NCBI GenBank assembly: GCA_963803805.1
Contig: CAWDOD010000002.1
Location: 512,001 to 576,000, forward strand
DNA: 64,000 nt
Source of the DNA: an uncultured cyanobacterium
Lineage (GTDB): Bacteria > Cyanobacteriota > Cyanobacteriia > Cyanobacteriales > CAWCAG01
Reading direction: 5' to 3'
The notes under the pieces are model-generated. The model was not told the origin of the DNA, did no database searches, and worked only from the letters and a program-made list of their open reading frames with translations. A program made the translations under genes and the position numbers. Below, in pieces: positions 10,792 to 22,160 of this stretch; within the stretch, counting starts at the first letter, position 1, and every line of letters begins with the position of its first letter.

Positions 10792-11114
10792 GGGATTTTT
10801 GGTAATTTGAGTTGCCGTACAGGTAGCAAAAACATTTGTTTTTACTTTTTTGATGTCTTAAACCCGATCCGAGCAGGAATTTGGAGACACGATCTCCAAT
10901 GATGTTCTATTGATGATAGTAATGTCAAGTAATTTGAGTCTTTCTGTTTGTGAAGCGTTTGGGCCGTAGTAGACATTTTTTATTTAGTTAAGAGGGTTAG
11001 CATTCCGGCTTAAAGGGAAAGGAATTATCACTACCTACATGGTTAAAAGGGAAAAAGACTACGTTAAATTGCTAAAATACTCTCAATCGTTGACCCACTA
11101 AAGTATCATACACA

Positions 11115-12228
11115 ATGGACATATCAGAACTCAAGCGAGGATTAGAAAATACGGCTGAGCGCCTGGGTAAAACCCAGGAGTATCTTTGACTTAGCCGCTT
11201 TGCAAGCTAAGATTAAAGACTTAGAACAATTAGCAGCACAACCAGAATTTTGGGACGAGCAAACTAAAGCCCAACAAATATTACAGGAACTCAACGATCT
11301 TAAATCGGGTTTAGAACAATATCAGAAATGGCAAAGTGCTTGGGAAGATAGCGAAGCGATCGCTGAGTTATTAGAATTAGAAGTTGATGAAACCTTGTTA
11401 CGAGAAGCCCTAAACTCCCTTAATAAGATTAATCAAGAGTTAGACCGTTGGGAACTGCAACAACTCCTATCTGCCCCCTATGATAGCCAGGGTGCAGTGT
11501 TAACCATCAATGCGGGGGCTGGGGGAACAGATGCCCAAGACTGGGCGGAAATGTTGTTGCGGATGTATACCCGTTGGGCAGAACAACAGGGTTATAAAGT
11601 AACCTTAGCTGAACAGTCTGATGGGGAGGAAGCAGGCATTAAATCAGCTACATTAGAAATTAGTGGTCGTTACGGCTATGGTTATTTAAAAGCAGAAAAA
11701 GGGACTCATCGCTTGGTCAGAATTTCTCCTTTTAATGCTAATGGTAAGCGTCAAACTAGCTTTGCTGGGGTAGAAGTGATGCCTAGTTTAGATAACAAAG
11801 CTATTGAGTTAGAAATCCCGGAAAAAGACTTAGATGTTAATACTTCTCGTGCCGGAGGGAAAGGAGGACAAAATGTCAACAAAGTAGAAACAGCAGTACG
11901 AATAACTCATATTCCTACCGGTATTGCTGTACGTTGTACCCAAGAACGTTCTCAACTACAAAATAAAGAAAAAGCCCTCGCTTTATTAAAAGCAAAGTTA
12001 TTAGTTATTGCTCAAGAACAAAGGGCCCAAAAAATTGCTGAGATTCGTGGTGATATGGTAGAAGCAGCTTGGGGAAATCAAATTCGCAATTATGTTTTTC
12101 ACCCCTACCAAATGGTAAAAGACCTGCGTACCAATGTAGAAACTACTGCTATAGATACGGTTATGGACGGAGACATTGATACTTTTATTGAAGCTTATTT
12201 ACGCCAAGAGAATCAGTTAGGAAACTGA
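11115..12228 (+). CDS. prfB: peptide chain release factor 2 (programmed +1 frameshift at 11184-11190)
   Basis: ATG at 11115, 24 codons, AGGAG-TAT-CTT-TGA-C shift site; SPF and GGQ motifs in the +1 frame. Confidence 0.97.
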
Positions 12229-12247
12229 TTTTATTAGCCTATACCCC

Positions 12248-12406
12248 CTACGAATTAATTCGTAGACTCATAGCACAAGTTATCTGAAGATAACTATGAA
12301 GTGTTTTTAAGGATTTTGCTTACACGTTGTCTTAGGGAAAATCCTATAATCTGATAGTCATCTTCAAGATGACTTCAGCTATTAGTCAAGGATTAAAATC
12401 CTTGAC
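12248..12406. repeat. inverted pair of double-hairpin REP-like units
   Basis: 12248-12295 (CTACGAATTAATTCGTAG; AGTTATCTGAAGATAACT) is the imperfect inverse of 12356-12406 (AGTCATCTTCAAGATGACT; GTCAAGGATTAAAATCCTTGAC). Confidence 0.65.
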
Positions 12407-12444
12407 TTGACGGAGCTTGATTTCTTCTATTTTAGATAACCCTT

Positions 12445-13338
12445 ATGTCATTTGCTTCTAATTTCTCTTCACCTCAAGAGGTTAAAGTTACTATCCTACT
12501 CATCGGTGGTCATGAAAAAACTTTTTATCTGCCATCAAGTCACCCTCTGCTTGATGAATTAGTTAGTAAGTCAAGTTCCTCTTATTTACAAATTCCTCTT
12601 CAAGAAAATAGGGCAGCACTTTATTTACCCGCAGAACATTTAGTTGGGGTAATTACAGAACCGCCAATTCCCTTAAATCTCAAAAACTCTCTAACAGAGT
12701 TTCCTGAAACAAGCGCAACTTTGCTTCAGGATAAAAGTTGGTCACAACCAGAAATAATTCCTTCCAAATTTGTGCAACTTGACCATTTCTTAACCTCAGA
12801 AGAACAAGAAAAGTTACTTAAATATGTTGTTGCCAAAGAGAAAGATTTTATAGCTAGTAACACTTCCACCCAAGACATTGATTATCGCCAATCTTCAGTA
12901 CTTTATTCCTTTCCTCACTTTTCTGAAGTTGTAGTTTCTCGTATCAAAAAAGTCCTGCCTCAAGTTTGTTCTCAGTTAGGAATTAGCTTGTTTGAGCCAA
13001 CTGATATAGAAACTCAATTAACCGCCCACAATGAAGGAAACTACTATCGCATTCACAATGATAATGGTAGCCCCGATACTGCTAATCGCCTTCTAACCTA
13101 CGTCTATTATTTTTATCGTCAACCTAAACCCTTTACTGGAGGAGAGTTAGTTATTTACGATAGTAAAATAGAAAACAATTTCTATGTAGAGGCAGATTCT
13201 TCTCAAACTGTTGAACCTCGTCAAAATAGCATTGTATTTTTTCTCAGCCGCTATATGCACGAGGTACTAACCATAAATTGCCAATCCCAAGCTTTTGGCG
13301 ATAGCCGCTTTACGATTAATGGCTGGATTCGCCAGTAG
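12445..13338 (+). CDS. 2OG-Fe(II) oxygenase (prolyl-hydroxylase-like) with N-terminal extension
   Basis: YRIHND (HxD), FTGGEL, HEV, RFTINGW. Confidence 0.88.
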   Translation: MSFASNFSSPQEVKVTILLIGGHEKTFYLPSSHPLLDELVSKSSSSYLQIPLQENRAALYLPAEHLVGVITEPPIPLNLKNSLTEFPETSATLLQDKSWSQPEIIPSKFVQLDHFLTSEEQEKLLKYVVAKEKDFIASNTSTQDIDYRQSSVLYSFPHFSEVVVSRIKKVLPQVCSQLGISLFEPTDIETQLTAHNEGNYYRIHNDNGSPDTANRLLTYVYYFYRQPKPFTGGELVIYDSKIENNFYVEADSSQTVEPRQNSIVFFLSRYMHEVLTINCQSQAFGDSRFTINGWIRQ

Positions 13339-13542
13339 AATTTTCAACCATGGGAACAAAAATAGTATTACCCATTTATGAGAGGAGATTTACGGATATT
13401 CACCAAGATTATTAATGAACATTTAAGAATTAAAACATTTCTGCTGAAATCAGTTTATCTCCTCTAATACTGGTAAAGAAGGCCAGGATAAAAATTATTT
13501 TTTCGTACTTATCCTGCTTAGTCATAAATTACTAGCTTCCCT

Positions 13543-13836
13543 ATGAGCAGTTTGCCTAATTTCTTATTTTCTTTACTACTGACAGCCATTTTTAGTTTTT
13601 CAGCGCCAGTAATTGTAGTAGGTGCGATAGTTGTTATCCCCATCGCAGTTAGCTATATTCCCGGTTTAGCTGTTTTCGGTCAGATTTTCCTGGCTACGGT
13701 TTTTGAATTTCTTGCTACCTTTGGTAATGGTTCCCCTTTACAGGGAATATTGACGATTGCCTTAGCCTGTAGCTTAGTAGGAAGTTTGTTTAATCTTTAT
13801 ACTTTCTATCGCTATCAATATTTCCGTAGTCATTAG
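13543..13836 (+). CDS. small hypothetical membrane protein
   Basis: Hydrophobic 97-aa ORF; FLATFGNGSPLQG...LFN.Y.FYRY. Confidence 0.7.
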   Translation: MSSLPNFLFSLLLTAIFSFSAPVIVVGAIVVIPIAVSYIPGLAVFGQIFLATVFEFLATFGNGSPLQGILTIALACSLVGSLFNLYTFYRYQYFRSH

Positions 13837-13900
13837 ATTGATTTATTCTTTATCCCTTACCCATCAATTTTTAATTGACAGACCCCTCTCTAGTTTGTAA

Positions 13901-14578
13901 ATGAATTTAGTTTTAACGAACGACGACGGTATTGATGCCCCCGGCATACAAGCTTTACAAGGGGCTGTAGAAGGAAAAGGCATAGTGATTGCCCCCAAAG
14001 AACATCACTCTGGTTGCAGTCACCAAGTTACTACAGCAAGACCAATCTCAGTATTGCAACGTACAGAAACTGAATATGCTATTGGTGGCACTCCAGCCGA
14101 TTGTAGCCGCCTTGCGGTTAGCCATTTGTGTGGAAAAATAGATTGGCTTCTTTCTGGCATTAATGCTGGGGGCAACTTAGGAACTGATGCTTATATCTCC
14201 GGAACTGTAGCTGCTGTCAGGGAAGCTGCCATGCAAGGTGTCTCTGGAATAGCTGTTTCCCATTGGATTAAAAAACCTTTAGTAATTGATTGGGATTGGG
14301 CAACTTACTGGACTAAAAAAGTATTAGCAGATTTATTCACTCGCCCTTTGCCTCCTGGAAGTTTTTGGAATGTTAACCTACCTCACTTAGAATCAGGTTC
14401 CCCTGATCCCCAAATCGTCTTTTGCCCTCAAAGTAAAGAACCATTACCACTACAATATCGAATTGAGGGAGATTTGTACTATTATGCAGGAATTTATGAA
14501 AAGCGCGATCGCACTTCTGGTTCTGATGTAGATGTTTGTTTTTCAGGAAATATTGCTATAACCCAAATGTTTGTTTAG
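13901..14578 (+). CDS. surE: 5'/3'-nucleotidase SurE
   Basis: LTNDDGIDAPG, GTPADC, SGINAGGN, SGTVAAVRE. Confidence 0.93.
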   Translation: MNLVLTNDDGIDAPGIQALQGAVEGKGIVIAPKEHHSGCSHQVTTARPISVLQRTETEYAIGGTPADCSRLAVSHLCGKIDWLLSGINAGGNLGTDAYISGTVAAVREAAMQGVSGIAVSHWIKKPLVIDWDWATYWTKKVLADLFTRPLPPGSFWNVNLPHLESGSPDPQIVFCPQSKEPLPLQYRIEGDLYYYAGIYEKRDRTSGSDVDVCFSGNIAITQMFV

Positions 14579-14703
14579 TTTAATTGTACGGGTTATTTGT
14601 AAGGGCAGGGAGTAGGGAGCAGGGGGCAGAGGATTAAAAACTTTATTTCTCGAATTTTGCCATGGGTCTTTAATAATCAGAGTTAGGTATATTGAACGAC
14701 TAT

Positions 14704-14735
14704 TAGCAACTAGCAACTAGCAACTAGCAATTAGC
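14704..14735. repeat. heptamer tandem repeat (TAGCAAC)n
   Basis: tagcaactagcaactagcaactagcaattagc. Confidence 0.8.
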
Positions 14736-14739
14736 CAAA

Positions 14740-15697
14740 TTACTTCTCCTCAACCTTTAACTCTGGTAATCCTTCTAGCTTTTCCACAGGCCTTTTCTGC
14801 TTTCGTCATGGGGACAAAAATAGTCAAGCTTTGGGGAATACACTTAATGGTAATAGGTGTTTTGCCAATCAATTCTCCATCAAGAACCACTTGCTGAGGA
14901 GGATTAGTAGTAACTTTGACTTGTTTAGCCCGTAGATAACCAATATCATCTCTTTCTGCTGCTTCATTACTAAAAGCAGTTTGTAATAAATGATAGGAAG
15001 CCGCTACAGCCCCAGCCCGACTATTCGGGGCTACTAAAGTTACATCAAGTAAGCCATCATCAACAATAATGCCTGCTGGCCCTTGGGCTAAAATAGACGA
15101 AGGGGGGGCAGCATTGGCAATAGTTATAGCGGTGGCAGTCACCTCAATAATTTTGTCTTCTGTCTCGATGGTAGCTTCAAAGGCTTCTAACTCTGCCAGT
15201 TGTTTGATCCCAGCAAGAACATAAGCTAACATTCCCCAACGGTTTTTAGAGGTGCGAGAGGTATCTTTGACAGTTTCTGCTTCAAAACCTACCCCTGCCA
15301 AAAGTACCATGGGTTTATCGTTACACAAAGCAGAGTCTACGACTCTAGTTTTACCGTCAAGAATCATTTGACAAGCTTCTTCGATTACATCGGGAATACC
15401 TAAAGCTGAAGCGAAAGCATTGGCAGTTCCTCTAGAAATTATACCTAAAGGAATCTTTGTTTCTACTAAAGCTTCCGCAGCAGCAGATAGAGTGCCATCT
15501 CCCCCCGAAGCGATAACAGCTTCAACCCCTCTTTCTACAGCTTCTCGTGCCAGTTGACCTGCATCAATCTCTTTTGTGGTTAATTTAATATCAAGGTCAA
15601 TTTTGGGGTCAAGAAGGGTCTTGATTTTTTCTAAATCTTGGTCAGCATCCCCTTGTCCAGCAACAGGATTGAAAATCACGCAGGCTGTACGATTCAT
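14740..15697 (-). CDS. YegS/DAGK family lipid kinase; apparent 1-nt indel near the 3' end (track stop at 14750)
   Basis: NPVAG, GGDGT, GTANAFA, LDGE; alternative frame gives ...EKPVEKLEGLPELKVEEK* ending at 14740. Confidence 0.88.
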
Positions 15698-15895
15698 CTT
15701 AATACTTTCAGTGCGAATGAGATTGGGTCAATTGTATTTAGCTGAAACTTTCTTTCGGTCTGTATTTGCAGGCAAGAGCGAAACATCAAGTTTAGTCTTT
15801 AATACTAATTAAGTTAGGTTTTAGGTTAACACTTCCTTAAGAAAGAAGTTGCCTTCAACTCAGTAAATCAAAAGGAATAAATAAATTAACTAAAA

Positions 15896-16462
15896 ATGGA
15901 CAAGGAGTTTAGTACCCAACGCCTATTGCTTCGTCCTTGGCAACCTGAACAAGATGCTCAAGCAGCTTGGGAAATTTATAGTGATCACGAAGTAATGCGT
16001 TATATCGGCAATGGCAAAGTAGAAGAAAGCATCGCTACTGTACGCGATCGCCTGCGATTAAATTTGGATATTTATGATGCTCTTGATAATGGTACTGGTT
16101 ATTGGGCTGCTGTAGAAAAAACAACAGGGCAGCTTATTGGGGCAATTATTCTCAAGCAATTACCTGATGCGGAAGGAATATTAACTCAAGAAGTTGAAAT
16201 TGGCTGGCATTTGCGGCGTAAAAGTTGGGGTAAAGGTTATGCCACAGAAGGGGCAAGAAAACTTCTAGAGTATGGTTTTAGTACTTTAAATTTACCGATA
16301 ATTTATGGGATCACCAGAGCGGAAAACCAGCGTTCAATTCGTGTTATGGAACGCCTAGGAATGATGCCCCAGGGGACAACAGATAAATACTACGGCATCA
16401 AATGTTTGCTGTTCCAACTAAGACCCAAACAAATGACCTCACTGATCACTGAAAATAGTTAG
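15896..16462 (+). CDS. RimJ/RimL-type GNAT acetyltransferase
   Basis: TQRLLLRPW, EIGW, WGKGYATE, N.RS.RV.ERLGM. Confidence 0.9.
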   Translation: MDKEFSTQRLLLRPWQPEQDAQAAWEIYSDHEVMRYIGNGKVEESIATVRDRLRLNLDIYDALDNGTGYWAAVEKTTGQLIGAIILKQLPDAEGILTQEVEIGWHLRRKSWGKGYATEGARKLLEYGFSTLNLPIIYGITRAENQRSIRVMERLGMMPQGTTDKYYGIKCLLFQLRPKQMTSLITENS

Positions 16463-16586
16463 CTAATCTTAACAAAATTTCCAACTCTTAATCTCTTCTT
16501 TAGCCATGAATCTTGAAGATCGGGCTACTGTTGAAAGTGTAGCTTACCCCCGCACGGGATAGATATTAGAATTGGCGAAGAGTTTT

Positions 16587-18011
16587 ATGAGTAAAAGAAA
16601 TTTCGGTGTAATTGGCTTAGCTGTAATGGGGGAAAATCTTGCCCTGAATGTAGAAAGTCGCGGTTTTCCCATCGCAGTTTATAACCGAACTCCTACCAAA
16701 ACCAAGGATTTCATGGCCAATCGCGCCCAAGATAAAGACGTGAAAGCAGCCTATTCCTTGGAGGAATTTGTCAAAAGTCTAGAACGTCCGCGCCAAATCC
16801 TAGTTATGGTCAAAGCTGGTAAACCCGTAGATGCGGTTATTGAACAGCTTAAGCCTTTGCTAGAAGAAGGAGACATGATCATCGACGGCGGTAATTCTCT
16901 TTACAATGATACAGAAAGACGCACCCAAGAACTAGAAGCTACGGGGCTAGGTTATATGGGCATGGGTGTTAGTGGTGGCGAGGAAGGGGCCCTTAATGGT
17001 CCCAGTTTAATGCCTGGAGGGACAGAAGCAGCTTACCAAAAGTTAGAACCCATTTTAACTAAAATTGCTGCTCAAGTAGACGATGGCCCTTGTGTAACCT
17101 TTATCGGCCCTGGGGGTGCAGGTCATTACGTAAAAATGGTTCACAATGGCATTGAGTATGGGGATATGCAGCTTATTGCTGAAGCCTATGATTTAATGAA
17201 AAATGCTTTAGGTTTGAGCCATACTGAATTACATGAAGTTTTTGCTGAGTGGAATACCACCGATGAGCTAAACTCTTTCTTGATTGAGATTACCGCAGAC
17301 ATCTTTAAGTATATTGATCCAGAGACTGAAGGGCCTTTGGTCGAATTAATCCTTGATGCTGCTGGCCAAAAGGGAACTGGACGCTGGACGGTGGTTAGTT
17401 CTTTGGAGTTGGGCGTACCTATACCCACTATCTATGCGGCAGTTAATGCCCGTGTTATGTCTGCTTACAAAGATGAAAGGGTAGCCGCATCTAAGGTTTT
17501 AACTGGTCCTATTGGTAAGTTTGAAGGGGACAAGAAAGCTTTTGTTAATAAAATTCGAGATGCTCTTTACTGTTCTAAGATGTGTTCCTATGCCCAAGGC
17601 ATGGCTTTATTAAGTAAGGCATCAAGTGAGTTTAACTATAATCTCAATTTAAGCGAGACTTCTCGTATTTGGAAGGGAGGTTGTATTATTCGGGCTGGTT
17701 TCTTAGATAAGATTAAGGAGGCTTTTCGAGAAAATCCTCTTTTACCCAACCTACTCTTAGCCCCAGAGTTCAAGCAAAGTATCCTGGATCGCCAAGAAGC
17801 ATGGCGAGAAGTTCTAGCAACAGCTAATAGTTCAGGTATTGCTGTTCCTGCTTTTAGTGCTTCCTTGGATTACTTCGATAGCTATCGTCGCGCCAGTTTA
17901 CCCCAAAACCTAACTCAGGCACAACGGGATTATTTTGGGGCCCATACCTACGAAAGAATCGACAAGCCCAGAGGTGAGTTTACCCATACAGAGTGGATGG
18001 AACAAGCTTAA
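16587..18011 (+). CDS. gnd: 6-phosphogluconate dehydrogenase (NADP, decarboxylating)
   Basis: GLAVMG, KMVHNGIEY, GQKGTG, QRDYFGAHTY. Confidence 0.97.
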   Translation: MSKRNFGVIGLAVMGENLALNVESRGFPIAVYNRTPTKTKDFMANRAQDKDVKAAYSLEEFVKSLERPRQILVMVKAGKPVDAVIEQLKPLLEEGDMIIDGGNSLYNDTERRTQELEATGLGYMGMGVSGGEEGALNGPSLMPGGTEAAYQKLEPILTKIAAQVDDGPCVTFIGPGGAGHYVKMVHNGIEYGDMQLIAEAYDLMKNALGLSHTELHEVFAEWNTTDELNSFLIEITADIFKYIDPETEGPLVELILDAAGQKGTGRWTVVSSLELGVPIPTIYAAVNARVMSAYKDERVAASKVLTGPIGKFEGDKKAFVNKIRDALYCSKMCSYAQGMALLSKASSEFNYNLNLSETSRIWKGGCIIRAGFLDKIKEAFRENPLLPNLLLAPEFKQSILDRQEAWREVLATANSSGIAVPAFSASLDYFDSYRRASLPQNLTQAQRDYFGAHTYERIDKPRGEFTHTEWMEQA

Positions 18012-18027
18012 GGTTCTTGAGTTAATT

Positions 18028-18148
18028 TATAGCAATTCTCCGACTTATGAGGTGCGGCTTAGATTCTGGTTTTTTGCTAATAGCTAGTGGCTAGTTGAAA
18101 ATATGGTAATAGACCAAATTTAGGCTACTCAGCTTAAGAATTGCTATA
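18028..18148. mobile_element. MITE-like element
   Basis: Perfect 12-bp terminal inverted repeats TATAGCAATTCT / AGAATTGCTATA. Confidence 0.6.
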
Positions 18149-18165
18149 GTTCTCTCTCTTTGTAT

Positions 18166-18193
18166 TAGTCTCCCTTGTTGTCAAGGGGGACTA
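18166..18193. terminator. hairpin/terminator between convergent gnd and methyltransferase genes
   Basis: TAGTCTCCCTTG-TTGT-CAAGGGGGACTA. Confidence 0.55.
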
Positions 18194-18293
18194 TTAATTT
18201 CTTCTTTCCCTATTGACTGAAATTTAGAGATTAAACATTAAACATTGTTGGCGCACTTCCATTGCGCCCTGGCTACATTAAACATTTACAGCT

Positions 18294-18919
18294 TTAGGTT
18301 TTAATTACTTGAATTACTTGAAGACTTCCTCCAGCATGGAGACTTTTCTTTTTTTCTGGAAACCAGCTTTTTCTAATTCTGCGATTAAATCTGTTTCAAT
18401 TAACTGCCAAGCGGTATCGGTTTCAAACAACCACATAAATATAGCTAAACCGGGCCAAAATAAAGGGTTAGTTGGTTTGTGTAAATCAATAAAGGCAAAT
18501 ATCCCCCCTGGCTTGAGAACTCGATACACTTCAGTAATAATTTCTTGCAGTTCCTCAGAAGTCATTTCATGGAGTGCAACACTCGTATGCACCAAATCGA
18601 AATATTGGTCTGGAAAGGGCATATCTTCGGCGTTTGCTTCTACATAATTGGCTTGAGGTACATTTTGTGCTGCCCTTTCTAAAGATAAAGGGGAAATATC
18701 TAAACCTGTCACCTGTTGAGAACTTTGCACCAAAAATTGAGTCGTTTGCCCCGATCCGCAACACATATCTAATACAAGGGTATCTTTATTGATAGTTAAC
18801 CCTTGTAAAGCTAAGTTACGAAAGCGCTTTTCTCCTCCCACACTTAATGCCCCTAAGCCAGAGATCGTATCGTAAAGTCCCTGGTATTTATAGCTCAACG
18901 GCCGCAAAAAAGTTGCCAA
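18294..18919 (-). CDS. class I SAM-dependent methyltransferase (UbiE-like); apparent frameshift in A7 run (track stop at 18314)
   Basis: VLDMCCGSG, GLDIS, FDLV, RVLKPGG; adding one A at 18349-18355 gives ...SLHAGGSLQVIQVIKT*. Confidence 0.85.
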
Positions 18920-19030
18920 TTTTCCATCCCCAGTTAAGTTGTGTATCTTCGATCGCTGATTTCAGCTTAAAAAAAGATATATTGTTAAACTTAGTAAAGA
19001 ATTTGAAGTTTTTAGAAAATTATTATCGTT

Positions 19031-20194
19031 ATGAGTCGTTTAGGAGTATTATTACTTAATTTGGGCGGCCCGGACGAATTGAAAGATGTTCGTCCCTTTT
19101 TATATAATTTATTTTCCGACCCCGAAATTATTCGCATACCTTTTCCTTGGTTACAAAAGCCTTTAGCTTGGTTTATTTCCACTAGACGCACTCCTACATC
19201 TGAGGAAAATTATAAGCAAATTGGCGGCGGCTCTCCTTTAAGAAGGATTACCGAAGAACAAGCAGAGGCTCTTGAAGAAAAGTTACAACATCAAGGTCAT
19301 GATGCCAAGGTTTTCATTGGTATGCGTTATTGGCATCCTTTTACAGAAGAAGCGATCGCCCATATTAAAGAAGAACACATTCAAAAATTAGTTATACTAC
19401 CTCTTTATCCACAATTTTCTATTAGTACCAGTGGCTCTTCCTTCCGGCTATTAAAGCAAATGTGGGAAGATGATTATGAACTGAGGAAGATAGAATATAC
19501 AGTTATTCCTTCTTGGTATCAGCATCCTGGTTATTTAAAAGCCATGGCTGATTTAATTGCTAAGGAACTAGATAAAGTTAGCAATCCCAACCAAGCACAT
19601 ATCTTTTTTAGCGCTCACGGTGTTCCGGTTAGTTATGTTGAAGAAGCGGGTGATCCTTACCAAAAGGAAATTGAAGATTGTACTCGCTTAATTATGAAAA
19701 CCCTCGGCCGTTCTAATGAGCATACTTTAGCTTATCAAAGTAGAGTTGGTCCAGTGGAGTGGCTGCAACCTTACACAGAAGAAGCTTTAAAGGAGTTAGG
19801 TCAAAAGGGCATCAAAGATTTATTAGTTGTTCCGATTAGCTTTGTTTCCGAACATATTGAAACCCTCCAAGAAATTGACATTGAGTATCGGGAAATAGCC
19901 ACTGAAGCAGGGGTAGAAAACTTTTATCGCGTACCAGCTTTAGATACCCATCCTATTTTTATCGAATCTTTAGCGAACTTAGTAGAAGATGCGGTCAAGT
20001 CTCCACCCCGTACTTTCGGTGAAATTAGCCGTATGAAGAAGAAGGTGAAGATGTATCCTCCAGAGAAATGGGAATGGGGTATGACCACAGCAGCAGAGGT
20101 TTGGAATGGCCGTTTGGCGATGGTTGGTTTTATTGCTTTAGTTTTGGAGTTACTTAGTGGGCAAGGGCCTTTACATTTTGTGGGGTTATTGTAA
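19031..20194 (+). CDS. hemH: ferrochelatase with C-terminal CAB domain
   Basis: [37 protein letters not shown] motif. Confidence 0.97.
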   Translation: MSRLGVLLLNLGGPDELKDVRPFLYNLFSDPEIIRIPFPWLQKPLAWFISTRRTPTSEENYKQIGGGSPLRRITEEQAEALEEKLQHQGHDAKVFIGMRYWHPFTEEAIAHIKEEHIQKLVILPLYPQFSISTSGSSFRLLKQMWEDDYELRKIEYTVIPSWYQHPGYLKAMADLIAKELDKVSNPNQAHIFFSAHGVPVSYVEEAGDPYQKEIEDCTRLIMKTLGRSNEHTLAYQSRVGPVEWLQPYTEEALKELGQKGIKDLLVVPISFVSEHIETLQEIDIEYREIATEAGVENFYRVPALDTHPIFIESLANLVEDAVKSPPRTFGEISRMKKKVKMYPPEKWEWGMTTAAEVWNGRLAMVGFIALVLELLSGQGPLHFVGLL

Positions 20195-20298
20195 TTCTTG
20201 GGCTAGTGTTGCTGAAGGAAGGGTTGCGATCCCACTATTTTTTATTGACTAGCCCAAAGATACCTTCCAAAGCAAATGCTATCCTCTTCCTTAATTCA

Positions 20299-20487
20299 GG
20301 ACTTACGCAGCTACACTATATATAGATTCAAAATATAGATTCAAAGGTGCGTTACGCTACGCTAACACACCCTACCAATGTAAGCACCAAGACATAATTA
20401 ATTAAAAGTCATTTTCTGTTCCCCGTTCCCCGTTTCCTGTTCCCTCGCCTTCACCATCAATTTAATTTTGTCCACCTGCTTAAGTCC
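20299..20487. mobile_element. nested MITE/REP-like composite
   Basis: Outer IR GGACTTACGCA / TGCTTAAGTCC; REP-like hairpin at 20346-20375; inner IR pair at 20381-20482; CTGTTCC-type heptamers. Confidence 0.55.
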
Positions 20488-20496
20488 CATTAATTG

Positions 20497-21486
20497 CTAA
20501 CCACCAATTTGAGACATGGTTTTACTGTAGATTCCTGTAGTTGTACCAGATTCTCTTTGTTTAAAGTTAATTTCTGGTTTAATTAAGAGAATATCGCGCA
20601 CTTTTTCCCTTATTAGTTTAGGATCTACACCATTACGCAGGGCATTTTTGAGATTAATTTGACCTGTTTCATTTAATAAGCAAGGACGTAACCAACCATC
20701 AGCAGAAAGGCGCATACGGTTACAGCGATCGCAGAAACATTCTGACATTTGGGAAATAAAACCTAAAGTTCCTTTGGCGTTAGGAATTTGAAAAACATCG
20801 GCTGGGCCATTACCTCGGACTTGAGATTCTGCAAGTCCCCACCGGGCGCGAATTTTTTGCCTGATTTCTTCAGAAGGAACCCAAGCGCGATCGCTGAATA
20901 ATTCACTGTTACCAATGGGCATGAATTCAATAAAACGAACGTGCCAGTTACGTTTAATAGTTAATTGGGCTAAATCTAAAACCTCATCTTCATTCACCCC
21001 CGGAATCACCACCACATTCAATTTTAAGGGGTTGAACCCCACCTCATAAGCGGCTTGAATCCCCTCCCAAGTTTGTTGCCAACGGCTTCTACCGCGATTA
21101 CCGATGATTTTGTCAAAAGTTTCTGAATTAAGGGAGTCTAGGCTAATATTAATACGTCGCAAACCAGCATTGTAGAGGTCTTGGGCTAAATCCTTTAGTA
21201 AGAAAGCATTAGTTGTCATCGCTAAATCTTGGGTTTCTGGCAGAGAAGCAATTTCTTCTACTAAATCTACTACACCAGGGCGCAACAAAGGTTCTCCCCC
21301 CGTTAAACGGAATTTGCGAAAACCGACGGGAATAAAGACTTCTTTGAGTAAGGTAATTATTTCTTGGGAAGCAAGTAATTCTTGTTTAAGTACATAATCT
21401 AGTTCTTCCCCTTCCGGCATACAGTATTGACAACGAAAGTTACAGCGATCTATTAAGCTAATGCGTAGATAATCTACTTGATTCAT
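20497..21486 (-). CDS. moaA: GTP 3',8-cyclase MoaA
   Basis: CNFRCQYC radical-SAM motif, [19 protein letters not shown] terminus. Confidence 0.97.
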   Translation of the reverse strand: MNQVDYLRISLIDRCNFRCQYCMPEGEELDYVLKQELLASQEIITLLKEVFIPVGFRKFRLTGGEPLLRPGVVDLVEEIASLPETQDLAMTTNAFLLKDLAQDLYNAGLRRINISLDSLNSETFDKIIGNRGRSRWQQTWEGIQAAYEVGFNPLKLNVVVIPGVNEDEVLDLAQLTIKRNWHVRFIEFMPIGNSELFSDRAWVPSEEIRQKIRARWGLAESQVRGNGPADVFQIPNAKGTLGFISQMSECFCDRCNRMRLSADGWLRPCLLNETGQINLKNALRNGVDPKLIREKVRDILLIKPEINFKQRESGTTTGIYSKTMSQIGG

Positions 21487-21663
21487 TAAAGGTTAGGGTC
21501 AAATTGTGTTTTTATACTCATAAAAATGCTAACGCATATAAATAAGCTGGCGTTGCTTAAGAGTTAAAGAGTGTGATTGCAATCGCTAACTAACTTATAT
21601 TAAAAGAATTAAAAGTACTAATGCGATCGCCAAACAGAACACTTTATTAAAGGAGAGAAGAAT

Positions 21664-22095
21664 ATGTCTGAATTGAGTGTTGTCAAAGGTAGCTGCTTAT
21701 GTAATGCGGTGAAAATTTCCACAGCTAGTATCAATCCTCACGTATCAGCCTGTCATTGTAATATTTGTCGCAAATGGGGCGGGGCAGCTTTACTAGGAGT
21801 TGAATGTAACGAAGGTGTTAGTTTTGAGGGAGAAGAAAATATTGGGGTTTACCAATCATCAGAATGGGCAGAAAGGGGATTTTGTCAAAAGTGTGGTAGT
21901 CATCTATTTTATAGATTGAAAGAAAATAATCACTACTTCGTACCGGTAGGTATTTTTGATAATAGCGAAAATCTTGTCTTCAATCTTCAAGTTTTTATTG
22001 AAGAGAAACCCGACTATTACTCTTTTGCCAATGAAACCAAAAATATGACAGGGGAAGAGGTTTTTGCTATGTTTGCTTCTCTTTTTGAAAAGTAA
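21664..22095 (+). CDS. GFA/CENP-V family protein
   Basis: GSCLC, CHCNICRK, RGFCQKCGS; strong Shine-Dalgarno AAGGAG. Confidence 0.9.
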   Translation: MSELSVVKGSCLCNAVKISTASINPHVSACHCNICRKWGGAALLGVECNEGVSFEGEENIGVYQSSEWAERGFCQKCGSHLFYRLKENNHYFVPVGIFDNSENLVFNLQVFIEEKPDYYSFANETKNMTGEEVFAMFASLFEK

Positions 22096-22160
22096 TTTTC
22101 TGGTTGAATTTGCAATCCGCCATTGCTGTTAGGCATCACTGAGGAAATTAACTAAGCAAA

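Noticed and set aside
20080-20194. Novel ferrochelatase-Hlip fusion
   Set aside because: The CAB tail is a standard feature of cyanobacterial HemH
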